51,440 nucleotides of DNA from Candidatus Saccharimonadales bacterium (GTDB lineage: Bacteria > Patescibacteriota > Saccharimonadia > Saccharimonadales > UBA10212). Positions 1-9,307 of the stretch are shown piece by piece. The notes under the pieces were generated by a model. The model was not told where the DNA came from. It saw only the letters and a program-made list of their open reading frames with translations, and did no database searches. Made by a program: the position numbers and the translations under genes. Each line of letters begins with the position of its first letter. Position 1 is the stretch's first letter. The stretch lies in contig JBBDKW010000001.1 of the NCBI GenBank assembly GCA_040879175.1, positions 1 to 51,440 of the forward strand. The letters are read 5' to 3'.

Positions 1-6
1 GAGCGA

Positions 7-2502
7 TTATTCGTTCTTGGATGAATAAGCTAACTCTGGTTCTTTTCTCTTCTGCGTCTTTTTAACTACCACCGAAACAACATCGCCCTTATGGAATGAT
101 TCTTCCAGCAGGCCGGCAGCAATCGCGTCCTCAAGGGTTTCTTGTAGCAAACGGCGCATCGGACGGGCACCGTTATGGGCGTCGTAGCCTTTTTCTAACA
201 GATAGTCCTTAGCCGATTTGTTCACCTGCAGACCTATGCCTTTCTTGACCAGGCGGGTGCGTAAATCATCAAGCTGCAAGTCCAGAATCTTCAATGCATC
301 TTTTTTGGTCAGCGCCCGGAAGACGATTGTCTTATCAATTCGGTTTAGCAGTTCCGGCCGCATCATTTTCTTTATCTCGTCAAGCACTTTGGTTTTGTTG
401 GCATCGTGCAGCTCATCCAGGTTATCCAAGTCGGCGGCGCTGATTGCCGAAAAGCCAAAACTGGCTTCTTTTTGCAACTTTTCGGCGCCAATGTTGCTGG
501 TCATTATGATAATTGTGTTGGTAAAGTCGATTTTTCGGCCTTTGGCATCACTTAGCACGCCGTCTTCTAAAATCTGCAGCAATATATTGAAGACTTCCGG
601 ATGGGCTTTTTCAATTTCGTCGAATAGCACGACGCTGTATGGCTGGCGGCGGATTTTGTCCGTCAGCTGTCCGCTATCGTCATAACCGATGTATCCAGCC
701 GGCGCGCCAACCAGCCTGGCGACCGTGTGATGCTCGGAAAATTCGCTCATATCGATTTTTACCAACGTTTCATCAGAGCCAAAGAATTCGCGGGCCAGTA
801 CTCGAGCCAGTTCGGTCTTACCGACACCGGTCGGGCCGAGGAAAATAAATGAGCCAATCGGTCTTTTTTCGGATGAGATACCGCTGCGAGAACGCCGCAC
901 GGCGCGGGCCACGGTTGCCACGGCTTCGTCTTGGCCAATGATGTATTTGCTCAAGTTTTTCTCAAGATTAACCAGATACTTGGCCTCAGCTCTTATCACT
1001 TTGGTTACCGGTACACCGGTCATACGTGAAACAGTTTCGGCCACATCATCGGATGTTAAAATAATCGGCTTGCCGGTTTTGTGGTTTTCTTCCAACTCCT
1101 TCATTTTTTCGCTGAGCTGGCTGGCGGTCTGCTTTTCACGGGCCGCCTTTTCGTAATCTTCGGCATCGACCGCGTCTTCAATCCGGCCATTGACCAGTTT
1201 GAGTTCTTTTTGCAGTTGCCTGAGCTCGGGCGGTGTCTTGCCTTTGTTAACCCGCAGGTAGGCCGCCGTCTCATCTAGTAAATCGATGGCCTTATCTGGC
1301 ATATAGCGGTCGTTGATGTAACGGCGGGCGAATTGGACCGTGTCATTTAGTACTTCATCGTCAACTTTAACTCCGTGGAATTCCTCGTAGTATTTGCGCA
1401 GGCCTTTAAGAATTGCCAGTGTCTCGGCCGGTGTGGCTTCCGGCACCTGCACCGGCTGAAACCGGCGTTCCAATGCCGCGTCTTTTTCCACATGGCGGGT
1501 ATATTCATCAGTCGTAGTGGCACCGATTAGGCGAATCTTGCCGCGCGCCAGGCTCGGCTTAAGTATATTGCCGGCGTCCATTGAACCTTCGGCGGCACCG
1601 GCGCCAACAATCAAGTGCAGCTCATCAACAAAGACAATGGTGTCTTTATCGTCTTCCAACTCGGCAATAACTTTCTTAAGCCGGTCTTCAAACTCACCGC
1701 GGTACTTGGTTCCGGCAATCATACCGGCCAAATCTAAAGTAATAATCCGCTTATTTAATAGGCTGTCCGGCACTTCTTCGCTAACGATGCGCTGGGCGAT
1801 GCCCTCAACAATGGCGGTCTTACCGACGCCGGGCTCGCCGATTAACACCGGGTTGTTCTTGGTGCGGCGGTTCAAAATGGTAATCACCCGGCGGATTTGT
1901 GCCTCGCGGCCGACCACCGGGTCCAACTTGTCCTTGCGTGCCAAATCGGTCATATCGGTACCGAAAAATTCCAGCGTAGTTTTGCGGCCGCTTTTACCCC
2001 TTCGTCGGGCGCCGGTAGATGTTCTGCCATCTTCGTATTGCTGCCGGTTAAGAAACTGTTCAACTTCGCCTGATAGCCTGTCGATATCAACCCCCATATC
2101 GCGCAACAGCGTGGTGGCTCGGGCATTCTTTTGGCTCAAGATGCTGTATAAGACGTGCTCGGTGCCGCAGTAATCCTGGTTGAATTCCTGGGCGATTTCC
2201 CAGGCCATCTTCAGCGTCAGTTTGGCGGTTTCGGACAGTCCCTTACCACCCATGTTTATAACTAAGGTTTTTGGCGTCAGGTTCAACGCCAGTCGGGCTC
2301 TGTCAAGATTGACGCCGACGCCCTCCAAAACCTTGGAGCCCATTGAACCTTCTTGGGCCAACACGCCGAGCAAAAGATGCTCGGTGCCTATGTAGGCACT
2401 ACCCGATGCCCGAGCAATGGCATCCGCATGCTTCAAGCTATGCAGCGCGTTGTTGGTAAGATGTGACAAAAATTCTTGGAAGTCAGGTGAATTAGGTATC
2501 AT
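7..2502 (-). CDS. clpC: ATP-dependent Clp protease ATP-binding subunit ClpC
   Basis: 831 aa; two Clp-N repeats ([13 protein letters not shown]), two AAA+ modules ([16 protein letters not shown]), pore loops KYRG and GYIG, UVR-like linker. Confidence 0.95.
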   Translation of the reverse strand: MIPNSPDFQEFLSHLTNNALHSLKHADAIARASGSAYIGTEHLLLGVLAQEGSMGSKVLEGVGVNLDRARLALNLTPKTLVINMGGKGLSETAKLTLKMAWEIAQEFNQDYCGTEHVLYSILSQKNARATTLLRDMGVDIDRLSGEVEQFLNRQQYEDGRTSTGARRRGKSGRKTTLEFFGTDMTDLARKDKLDPVVGREAQIRRVITILNRRTKNNPVLIGEPGVGKTAIVEGIAQRIVSEEVPDSLLNKRIITLDLAGMIAGTKYRGEFEDRLKKVIAELEDDKDTIVFVDELHLIVGAGAAEGSMDAGNILKPSLARGKIRLIGATTTDEYTRHVEKDAALERRFQPVQVPEATPAETLAILKGLRKYYEEFHGVKVDDEVLNDTVQFARRYINDRYMPDKAIDLLDETAAYLRVNKGKTPPELRQLQKELKLVNGRIEDAVDAEDYEKAAREKQTASQLSEKMKELEENHKTGKPIILTSDDVAETVSRMTGVPVTKVIRAEAKYLVNLEKNLSKYIIGQDEAVATVARAVRRSRSGISSEKRPIGSFIFLGPTGVGKTELARVLAREFFGSDETLVKIDMSEFSEHHTVARLVGAPAGYIGYDDSGQLTDKIRRQPYSVVLFDEIEKAHPEVFNILLQILEDGVLSDAKGRKIDFTNTIIIMTSNIGAEKLQKEASFGFSAISAADLDNLDELHDANKTKVLDEIKKMMRPELLNRIDKTIVFRALTKKDALKILDLQLDDLRTRLVKKGIGLQVNKSAKDYLLEKGYDAHNGARPMRRLLQETLEDAIAAGLLEESFHKGDVVSVVVKKTQKRKEPELAYSSKNE

Positions 2503-2571
2503 CGGTTGTAATTTAACCCCCTAATCTTAAGCTTTACTGTAACGGCTTTCACAAAAAAACCGTTATATAAA

Positions 2572-2580
2572 ATTATATCA
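2572..2580 (-). promoter_or_regulatory. Extended -10 promoter element (TGaTATAAT) for clpC
   Basis: Minus strand reads TGATATAAT about 70 bp upstream of the clpC ATG, next to the CIRCE element. Confidence 0.6.
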
Positions 2581-2584
2581 CAAA

Positions 2585-2611
2585 TTGGCACTCGTCAACC
2601 CAGAGTGCCAA
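2585..2611. promoter_or_regulatory. CIRCE element (HrcA operator)
   Basis: TTGGCACTC-N9-GAGTGCCAA, a perfect inverted repeat matching the TTAGCACTC-N9-GAGTGCTAA consensus, upstream of a chaperone gene. Confidence 0.9.
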
Positions 2612-2621
2612 TGATGATTTG

Positions 2622-3869
2622 CTACTTCTCCTTTTTTGTTTCAGGTTTCTCTTTAAATTCGCTGGGTAAGCCGTGCTCTTCGATGGCTTCAAGCAATGAA
2701 TTCTCGAGGTCTGATTTCTTTTTAAGTTTTTGGACAACTTGTTTGGATTCAACGCCTGGCTGAGCTTCTCCCTCCTTCGCTGAAGCTTCGGAGGGCAAGT
2801 CTGCCTCGGCAGGCTTTTCGGCGCCTTTTGCTTTCTCGGCCTCGACATCCAGCTCATAACCAGTAAGTTTGCCGGCCAAGCGGACATTTTGCCCGGCCTT
2901 TCCGATGGCCACGCTTAACTGGTCCTCGGGCACAATCACCGTAGCTTTTTTGCTTTTCTCATCAATTTCCACACGCGTAACGTTGGCCGGCTTCATGGCA
3001 TTGGCTACAAACGTCGGCGTATCTTCATTCCATACCACGATGTCTATCATTTCCTGGCTGCCAATTTCATCACGTACGGCGTTGATGCGCGTGCCGTGTC
3101 CGCCAACGAATGTACCAACCGGGTCAATCCCCTGCACGTTACTGGAGACGGCTATCTTTGAACGGATGCCGGCTTCGCGGGCAATGGCTTTGATTTCTAC
3201 GGCGTTACCCCCCATCTCCGGCACCTCAGCGCGGAAAAGTTGCTCGATAAACCCTTTAGCCCCACGACTAACAATCAGCTGCGGGCCGCGCGTGCTTTTC
3301 TCAACTTCTTTTAGATAAAACTTCAGTCGCTGGCTGGGGTGGTAATGCTCGCCCTGGATCTGCTCACTCACCGGCATAATTCCCTGCCCGCGGCCGAGCT
3401 CAATTCGCACCAGGCGGCCTTCCACACGACTGACTATGCCGTTGACTACAGTGCCCACCTTATCTTCGAACTCGCTCAAAACGATTTCGCGCTCGGCCTC
3501 ACGCAAACGCTGCAGGATGACCTGCTTGGCTGTTTGGGCGGCGACGCGACCAAATTCTTTAACGTTTTGAATGATCTCAACACTCTCGCCGACCTTGGCA
3601 TTTTTACGAATAGCTTGGGCCTCCGGCAAACTAATCTGCATATTGGGGTCCTCGACAGTCTCTACAACCTCTTTACTAAGGTAGACCGTCACTTCGCCGG
3701 TGTTTAAGTTCATAGTCGCTCGGACTTCCTGCTCGCGGTCGCCATAATCACGCCGCCAAGCCGCAGCCAGTGCTTGCTGCACAATATCCTGCACTTGTTC
3801 TTCCGGCAAATTCTTCTCTTCAGCTATAACTTTGATAGCTTGTCCTAATTGTTTAAAATCCATCTCCAT
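2622..3869 (-). CDS. nusA: Transcription termination factor NusA
   Basis: FGRVAAQTAKQVILQRLREAER, S1 and KH domains, AIGKAGQNVRLA; start moved to ATG 3869, which has an AAGGAG SD; charged C-terminal tail. Confidence 0.95.
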   Translation of the reverse strand: MEMDFKQLGQAIKVIAEEKNLPEEQVQDIVQQALAAAWRRDYGDREQEVRATMNLNTGEVTVYLSKEVVETVEDPNMQISLPEAQAIRKNAKVGESVEIIQNVKEFGRVAAQTAKQVILQRLREAEREIVLSEFEDKVGTVVNGIVSRVEGRLVRIELGRGQGIMPVSEQIQGEHYHPSQRLKFYLKEVEKSTRGPQLIVSRGAKGFIEQLFRAEVPEMGGNAVEIKAIAREAGIRSKIAVSSNVQGIDPVGTFVGGHGTRINAVRDEIGSQEMIDIVVWNEDTPTFVANAMKPANVTRVEIDEKSKKATVIVPEDQLSVAIGKAGQNVRLAGKLTGYELDVEAEKAKGAEKPAEADLPSEASAKEGEAQPGVESKQVVQKLKKKSDLENSLLEAIEEHGLPSEFKEKPETKKEK

Positions 3870-3893
3870 AAGTTTTCTCCTTTCAGTCGAAAA

Positions 3894-3960
3894 CAATGTT
3901 TAATGCTCAATGATCAATATTCAGTGAATGATCAATGGGTAATGCTGCAATGTTTTAATG
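3894..3960. repeat. Heptamer-periodic array (CAATNNN), single arm
   Basis: caatgtt taatgct caatgat caatatt cagtgaa tgat caatggg taatgct. Confidence 0.8.
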
Positions 3961-3966
3961 GTCGTT

Positions 3967-3996
3967 AAAAGCGAAAATCCGACCTGTCGGCCGGAT
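3967..3996 (-). terminator. Terminator-like hairpin in the nusA leader
   Basis: Minus strand ATCCGGCC-GACA-GGTCGGAT followed by TTTCGCTTTT, just downstream of TATAAT at 4007-4012. Confidence 0.5.
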
Positions 3997-4035
3997 AACT
4001 ACTCTGATTATACGCCTTAAGGCTGATAAATCAAG

Positions 4036-5247
4036 CTATATGGTGAATTGGCCTTTGTTGTAAATAACTAGCTGTTTACCGTTTTCCAAAGTTGCAGTGA
4101 CGGCGCGGTCGGTGGTGGAAATCATATCAACGTGGATACTTGAGCTGTTATAGCCTAGTTTGGCAAACAGGTTTTTATCTAGCTTTGTAACATCACCGCT
4201 GTATGTATCGTGATACGCCTCGCCGAGTGCGATATGAGTGTTGCCGAAAGGCCCGCCTATATTCTCGTCGAATAACGTTTCTGCCATTATTTTTGTAATT
4301 CTGGACAGTCGTTTATCTGTAAGAGAGAATTCCCCAACCTGCGCTGCTGATCCATCAGCTTCTAGCATGGCCCTTAGCAGTTCTTTGTTTTTTGTAGCAG
4401 AATACTTAACAACTCGCCCTCCTTCAAAATGCAGCTCAATTCCTTCGACTTTGGGACCATAGTAATAAAGCGGCTGGTTAAAACGTATCCAACCTTCTGT
4501 TCCGCGCCAGTCCGGTGATGTAAATACCTCAAAGCTTGGGATATTACGGCCTCCGCCACCCAGCCAACGACGTTTTTCACCAACAGTTATTTTAAGATCG
4601 ACATCCTTACCTTTAATGCGCAGATTCTTAATTTTCAAATCAGATAGTTTTTCAGCGACTCTTTCAACCTCGCTTGAGATTTTCCGCCATCTGGTTATTG
4701 GGTCTTTATAATCCAAGTAAGTTGCTTTAATTATCTGCTGCCAGTATTCTTCCAGAGATAACTCGGCTTTTTTAGCCATACTCGAGGTACCGTACAGGCC
4801 TAATGTCCAGCTATATTTACCCTGATTCTCTTTTGCGCGGAACCAATCCATCAAGGGTTTGGTAGTCTTTTGAACAAGCATTATTTTTTTGGGATCGACT
4901 TTATCTAGTTCATGAACGTCGTGGTCGGCAATCACCGCTATACGATGATCAACCTGTGCTACTAGGCCCCGATAATATTTATCAAGAAAGGCTGTCAACT
5001 GTTCATGGCTCGCGTTATCGTAAAAATACTTGGCTGCACCGCTCATATCGTCGCTTAGATTACTAATGATCAATCCACCGCTGTCGAGAATAACTTTTCT
5101 TAAACTCCTATAAAACGGCAAGGCTGAAAGCGGTGATTGCAAAAAAACGACATCTCCTTTTTTGAGACCTTTACCCCCGCCCAAGGCATAGTTGACTAAA
5201 ACTTTAGCATACTTCTCAAGGATTTTGGCGCTCGGCTGATAACTCAT
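4036..5247 (-). CDS. Aminopeptidase, M29 (AmpS/PepS) family
   Basis: NIPSFEVFTSP, LFDEN, HIALG and SSIHVDMI motifs. Confidence 0.9.
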   Translation of the reverse strand: MSYQPSAKILEKYAKVLVNYALGGGKGLKKGDVVFLQSPLSALPFYRSLRKVILDSGGLIISNLSDDMSGAAKYFYDNASHEQLTAFLDKYYRGLVAQVDHRIAVIADHDVHELDKVDPKKIMLVQKTTKPLMDWFRAKENQGKYSWTLGLYGTSSMAKKAELSLEEYWQQIIKATYLDYKDPITRWRKISSEVERVAEKLSDLKIKNLRIKGKDVDLKITVGEKRRWLGGGGRNIPSFEVFTSPDWRGTEGWIRFNQPLYYYGPKVEGIELHFEGGRVVKYSATKNKELLRAMLEADGSAAQVGEFSLTDKRLSRITKIMAETLFDENIGGPFGNTHIALGEAYHDTYSGDVTKLDKNLFAKLGYNSSSIHVDMISTTDRAVTATLENGKQLVIYNKGQFTI

Positions 5248-5262
5248 TAGATAGATTATACT

Positions 5263-5604
5263 CTAGTCGATCTCAACCAATTCGATAATCGCGTAATCCA
5301 GTCCCGAGACTTCGGCGGCAATAATGCGATAGTCACCGTCCCAATTATTTTGGGCATTCCAAAAGCGAGCGGCAAACTTTATTTGATTCAGTTTGTGCGA
5401 AGTAATGTACTCAAAACCCGAGCCGTGCAATTCACTAAGCCGGTATTTTACCTCAATAAAATAGATTATTTTATTGTTATTCGCGATAATGTCGATCTCA
5501 CACCAGCGTGTCCGCCAGTTCCTTCCTAAAATTTTGAATCCATTACTCGCTAAATAGCTCGCCACCGCAGCCTCGGCATTGTGGCCGGTGGCGGTCGTTC
5601 TCAT
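5263..5604 (-). CDS. yraN: YraN family (UPF0102) endonuclease-like protein
   Basis: G..AE, RNWR...EIDII, FIEVKYR; typical position after rplS-rnhB. Confidence 0.9.
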   Translation of the reverse strand: MRTTATGHNAEAAVASYLASNGFKILGRNWRTRWCEIDIIANNNKIIYFIEVKYRLSELHGSGFEYITSHKLNQIKFAARFWNAQNNWDGDYRIIAAEVSGLDYAIIELVEID

Positions 5605-6170
5605 CCGAATTGGTTAATTAACTTAGAGATTGGTGCGTAGGACGTTCTGTGTACAAACCTAATTACACCGAAAGAATTGATCGCTTCCCTATGCTCTACC
5701 GTTCCGTAGCCAACGTGCTTCTCGAATTTATAGGATGGATGCCTTTTAGCCAGCTCAGTCATAAAGCTATCTCGTGTAACTTTGGCGTAAATACTGGCCG
5801 CCGAAACGATTGGCACTAGATTGTCGGCATTAACCAAACAACTGGCGTTTCTAAACTTTTTAGGTATGTAGTTTACATTGCCGTCCATAATAATTTCTTC
5901 ATCTATCTGCGCCTTAATGCCGCGAAGGGCCCTTTTTATCCCGAGGCGCAGAGCTTTAGCTAACCCGAACCGGTCTATCTCGACCGCTTTCACCCAGCCT
6001 TCGCCAAATTGGCAGTTGGTAGTTAGTAGTTGGTAGATAGTCTCTCGCTTCGTCCTAGTTAAAAGCTTTGAGTCCTTGAGCCCATCAGGCAATTGCGATT
6101 TAGCACGGGCTGCGACTACCAAGATTGGTCCGGCCAAACACCCTCTCCCAACCTCATCTACCCCAACCAT
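5601..6170 (-). CDS. rnhB: Ribonuclease HII
   Basis: GVDEVGRG, DSKLL, AASIYAKVTRD, GYGT, HRTSY. Confidence 0.95.
   Translation of the reverse strand: MVGVDEVGRGCLAGPILVVAARAKSQLPDGLKDSKLLTRTKRETIYQLLTTNCQFGEGWVKAVEIDRFGLAKALRLGIKRALRGIKAQIDEEIIMDGNVNYIPKKFRNASCLVNADNLVPIVSAASIYAKVTRDSFMTELAKRHPSYKFEKHVGYGTVEHREAINSFGVIRFVHRTSYAPISKLINQFG
6010..6037. repeat. Intragenic heptamer array in rnhB
   Basis: tggcagt tggtagt tagtagt tggtaga; encodes YQLLTTNCQ. Confidence 0.6.
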
Positions 6171-6173
6171 AAG

Positions 6174-6206
6174 ATTTAGAATATAGAATTTTGAATCAAG
6201 AATCTA
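6174..6206. repeat. Heptamer-periodic array upstream of rnhB
   Basis: atttaga atataga attttga atcaaga atcta. Confidence 0.7.
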
Positions 6207-6362
6207 GGCTGTCGCAAATTCAAGCGAGCCACAAAAATCTGAAGGACTTGAGAAAACAGATGAATTTGGTAGATGGATGTCGAATTAAGCCGCAACTTTG
6301 CCGAAGCTCCTCCTTAAGATACAAAGGGTGAGGCCGCTTGTCGTTGTTGCGGCGCGGCAGCC
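6207..6362. mobile_element. Candidate MITE-like or structured palindromic element
   Basis: Ends ggctgtcgc / gcggcagcc; internal inverted pairs caaattca/tgaatttg and gccgcaac/gttgcggc. Confidence 0.4.
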
Positions 6363-6380
6363 GTCGTTTGCAGATTCAAT

Positions 6381-6935
6381 CTAGCTTTTCGATTCGTCCT
6401 GAGGATTTTCGGTGGCGAGCTTCTTTTCGTGTTCGGCCAGCGCCTCTTCGGCTTTTACTTCCTCTTTGGCCCGTTTTTCGGCCTGTTTCTTTTCTTTCTC
6501 CTCGTGGGCCTTTTCGGCCTCTTCCTTCAGCTTTTCAGCCTCTGCTTCGGCTTCTTCATCGTGAATAATGTTGACCTTCTCTTTATCAAAATCTACACCC
6601 ATCAGGCGGGCGCTCTTGCCTGTCAGCTGACGCATATAAGTCAAATAGTTGCGGCGGACCTTTGAGCGCTTGGTAACCTCGACCTTTAAAACATTCGGCG
6701 AGTGGATAAAAAAGGTCTTTTCCACGCCAATGCCGCTGGCAATCCGCCGAACGGTAAAGTTTGAGGTGTGGCTGTTTTTGCGCGAAGTTCTAATAACTAG
6801 CCCTTCAAAGACCTGGATACGTTCTTTGCCGCGCTCGCGGATTTTTTGCGAGACTTTAACCGTATCACCGCTGCGCACATCGACAACGGCTTTTTTCTTG
6901 TACTGAGCCTCGATTTTGGCAATAACACTATCCAT
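6381..6935 (-). CDS. rplS: 50S ribosomal protein L19 with a charged C-terminal extension
   Basis: GDTVKV, ERIQVFEGLVI, FTVRRIASGIGVEKTF, KVRRNYLTYMR; E/K/A-rich tail of about 60 aa. Confidence 0.95.
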   Translation of the reverse strand: MDSVIAKIEAQYKKKAVVDVRSGDTVKVSQKIRERGKERIQVFEGLVIRTSRKNSHTSNFTVRRIASGIGVEKTFFIHSPNVLKVEVTKRSKVRRNYLTYMRQLTGKSARLMGVDFDKEKVNIIHDEEAEAEAEKLKEEAEKAHEEKEKKQAEKRAKEEVKAEEALAEHEKKLATENPQDESKS

Positions 6936-6964
6936 AAGACCAATGAATTTTACACTATAACCCT

Positions 6965-8563
6965 TTAACCGACAACCCTATAGACTTCTTCGATAGTCGT
7001 CAAGCCGGCAAGTGCTTTCAACACACCGTCTTGTTCCATTGTCTGCATACCGTCTCTGATGGCTTGGGCTTCGAGTATTTCAGTCGTTACCTCGTTCGGC
7101 GGCCGGCGCAACAGTTCTTGAACTCTGGGTGTCATTAATAGCTGTTCGCGGATGGGCAGCTGACCGCTGTAGCCAAACGGATTAGAAGCCGAGCTACCGG
7201 CCTTGTAGAGTGTTAGTCCCTCGAGATTGGGCTTTTGTACTTGAGGCGGTAGTTTGTCTATGACAATTTGTAGCTGCTTTTTTAGAGCCTCGTCGGGTTG
7301 GTAAGGCTGCTTAGTGGAATCATCGAGTCGTCTCACCAGTCTCTGGGCCATAACCAGGCGCATAGCGCTGGCAAATAGCGGATTGATGCCAACCATATCA
7401 AGCATTCTGCTTAAGGCTGCGGCCGCGCTGCTGGCGTGGAAGGTGGTTAATACCAAATGGCCGGTCAAAGCGCCTTGAAGCGCCGTTTTAGCGGTGTCTT
7501 TATCGCGGATTTCGCCCACCATCACTACATCGGGGTCGAGCCTAAGCACAGCCCGCAGTTTCTCGGCAAAACTCTCGGTCGCCAGCGAGCCGCGTACAGG
7601 TATTTGTACGACGCCAGGCATATTGTACTCAACCGGATCCTCAAGTGTAATTATCTTGCGTTCCGGCGTGTTAAGCGTGTTGAGAATCGAGTAAAGCGTA
7701 GTAGTTTTACCCGAGCCTGTCGGTCCGACAACGATTACCATTCCCGTCGGCCGCTTGATGATATCTTGTACGGCAGCCATTTCCGGCGGGCTCAAAGAGA
7801 GGTTTTCGAGTTTGAATAGTTCGAGTTTGAGGTTGAAGAGGCGCATCACTATGTCCATACCGTAAACGGTTGGCACGGTCTCGACACGCAAGTTAAGTGT
7901 CACTTCTTCGCCGGTGGCCATCTTATATTGCCGGCTGATGTGCCCCTGCTGGGCGTCTTCGGCGCTGGTCGAGACATTGGCAGCGCTGGCGATGGCGGCG
8001 GTTAAGTGGCCGTATTTTTCGTGGCTAACGTAGGCGATAGGGTGAAGCACGCCGTCAATCCTAAAGCGCACGCGGACATTTTCCCGTTGAGTCTCGAGGT
8101 GGATGTCGCTGGCTTTGAGTTTGTATGCCTGTTGGACGAGGTATGCCAGCATATCGTCCGGGCGAACCTCTTCGAGGGTCTTACTAACTGTACCGATAAT
8201 ATTCTGTTTTTCGGTTTCGGAAAGGGTTATGTCGTGATACTCCACCTGTTTCGGTGGGTCATAAAGCTGCATATATTCGCGGAAGCCGGCGTCCGAAATA
8301 AGCGAGAATTTGGTGATATGGTCGGTGAACCGGGCTTTGAGACGGTTTATCGTCTGTTGCGGCGTAGTAGTGGTTATGCCGAAGTGGATGTTGTGTTCAT
8401 CAGCGGTTAAAGGCACTCCCCGCAAAGCGTAGAGTTCTGGTGCCGTCAGGATGGTTTTATAAAGTTGTTTTTGCAGTTGCGAAGTGTCGATGTAGTTTAA
8501 GCCGAGGACCTGCGCCCGGCGCTGGGTCATTGTTTCTTCGTCTCGGCGCCCACCCTGATTCAT
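6965..8563 (-). CDS. Type IV pilus / T2SS assembly ATPase (PilB/GspE family)
   Basis: ASDIHLE, RFRIDGVL, GPTGSGKTTT, TLEDPVE, LRLDPDVVMVGEIRD, TGHLVLTTFH. Confidence 0.92.
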   Translation of the reverse strand: MNQGGRRDEETMTQRRAQVLGLNYIDTSQLQKQLYKTILTAPELYALRGVPLTADEHNIHFGITTTTPQQTINRLKARFTDHITKFSLISDAGFREYMQLYDPPKQVEYHDITLSETEKQNIIGTVSKTLEEVRPDDMLAYLVQQAYKLKASDIHLETQRENVRVRFRIDGVLHPIAYVSHEKYGHLTAAIASAANVSTSAEDAQQGHISRQYKMATGEEVTLNLRVETVPTVYGMDIVMRLFNLKLELFKLENLSLSPPEMAAVQDIIKRPTGMVIVVGPTGSGKTTTLYSILNTLNTPERKIITLEDPVEYNMPGVVQIPVRGSLATESFAEKLRAVLRLDPDVVMVGEIRDKDTAKTALQGALTGHLVLTTFHASSAAAALSRMLDMVGINPLFASAMRLVMAQRLVRRLDDSTKQPYQPDEALKKQLQIVIDKLPPQVQKPNLEGLTLYKAGSSASNPFGYSGQLPIREQLLMTPRVQELLRRPPNEVTTEILEAQAIRDGMQTMEQDGVLKALAGLTTIEEVYRVVG

Positions 8564-8725
8564 GCCCGGTAGTAGACTTTCGAGTCAGCTCGTCCTTGGC
8601 GAGCAATTATTATTCAACATCGATGCCATCATATCCTTGAAAGGGTTACACTTACAGGCAGTTAACAAGACGAGCTGTATTTTCAAGCTAAAGTTGAATA
8701 ATCTCGAAAGCTCACTACCGGGCAT
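8562..8725. other. Inverted-repeat-bounded structured element (MITE or cis-acting RNA) at the pilB start
   Basis: 23-bp terminal inverted repeat (20/23 matches, outer 12 perfect) plus internal 10-, 9- and 7-bp inverted pairs; lies between TATACT (8736-8741) and the pilB ATG. Confidence 0.75.
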
Positions 8726-8789
8726 ACTTAGAATCAGTATAAAGCATGAACGCTATCTGTGCGAGCGGTGATTGCGCTATAGTGACACC

Positions 8790-9296
8790 GTGAACAAAAG
8801 GCGACTAGTTCTGGTAGTGCATGATGTACGTTCGGCCCATAATGTCGGCTCGATTTTGCGTAGCGCCGACGGCTTTGGTGTGAATTGCGTTTACCTATCC
8901 GGGTACACGCCTTACCCGGCAATGGTTAACGACAAACGCCTGCCGCACATTGCCAAACGGGCGACAGAACAGATTGCCAAGACCGCCTTAGGAGCAGAAA
9001 AGACCTTTAGATGGCGACACCAAGCTGATATTTTTGAGCTCATACCCAAGCTTAAGAAAGAAGGCTACTTATTGGCGGCGCTGGAGCAGACCGGCCGGGC
9101 GTTAAGATTGCCGGAGTTTAAGACCAAGGACGATATTGCATTGATTGTCGGCAGTGAGATTGGAGGTATCAAGCCCGATTTATTAAAAGCAGTAGACATC
9201 CATCTGGCAATCCCGATGCTGGGTGGAAAAGAATCATTTAATGTGTCAATAGCGTCAGCCGTAGCGCTTTACCATTTACGATGGTATAAGTTATAA
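8790..9296 (+). CDS. SpoU/TrmH family RNA methyltransferase
   Basis: VRSAHNVGSILRSAD, GSEIGGI, IPMLGGKESFNVS; GTG start 6 nt after TATAGT. Confidence 0.9.
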   Translation: MNKRRLVLVVHDVRSAHNVGSILRSADGFGVNCVYLSGYTPYPAMVNDKRLPHIAKRATEQIAKTALGAEKTFRWRHQADIFELIPKLKKEGYLLAALEQTGRALRLPEFKTKDDIALIVGSEIGGIKPDLLKAVDIHLAIPMLGGKESFNVSIASAVALYHLRWYKL

Positions 9297-9307
9297 TCAT
9301 AAGCTGG

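Noticed and set aside
218-2395. Many plus-strand ORFs antisense to clpC, and similar shadow ORFs throughout the window
   Set aside because: They lie opposite well-supported genes and show no recognisable motifs
4036-6170. Visibly AT-richer aminopeptidase-yraN-rnhB block as a horizontally acquired island
   Set aside because: rplS-rnhB-yraN is a conserved order, there are no mobility genes, and I could not compute GC reliably
8585-8587. TGA read as Gly (code 25), extending pilB by 54 codons
   Set aside because: TGA terminates rnhB, gap, tktC and pheS at the expected positions, so the genome uses code 11
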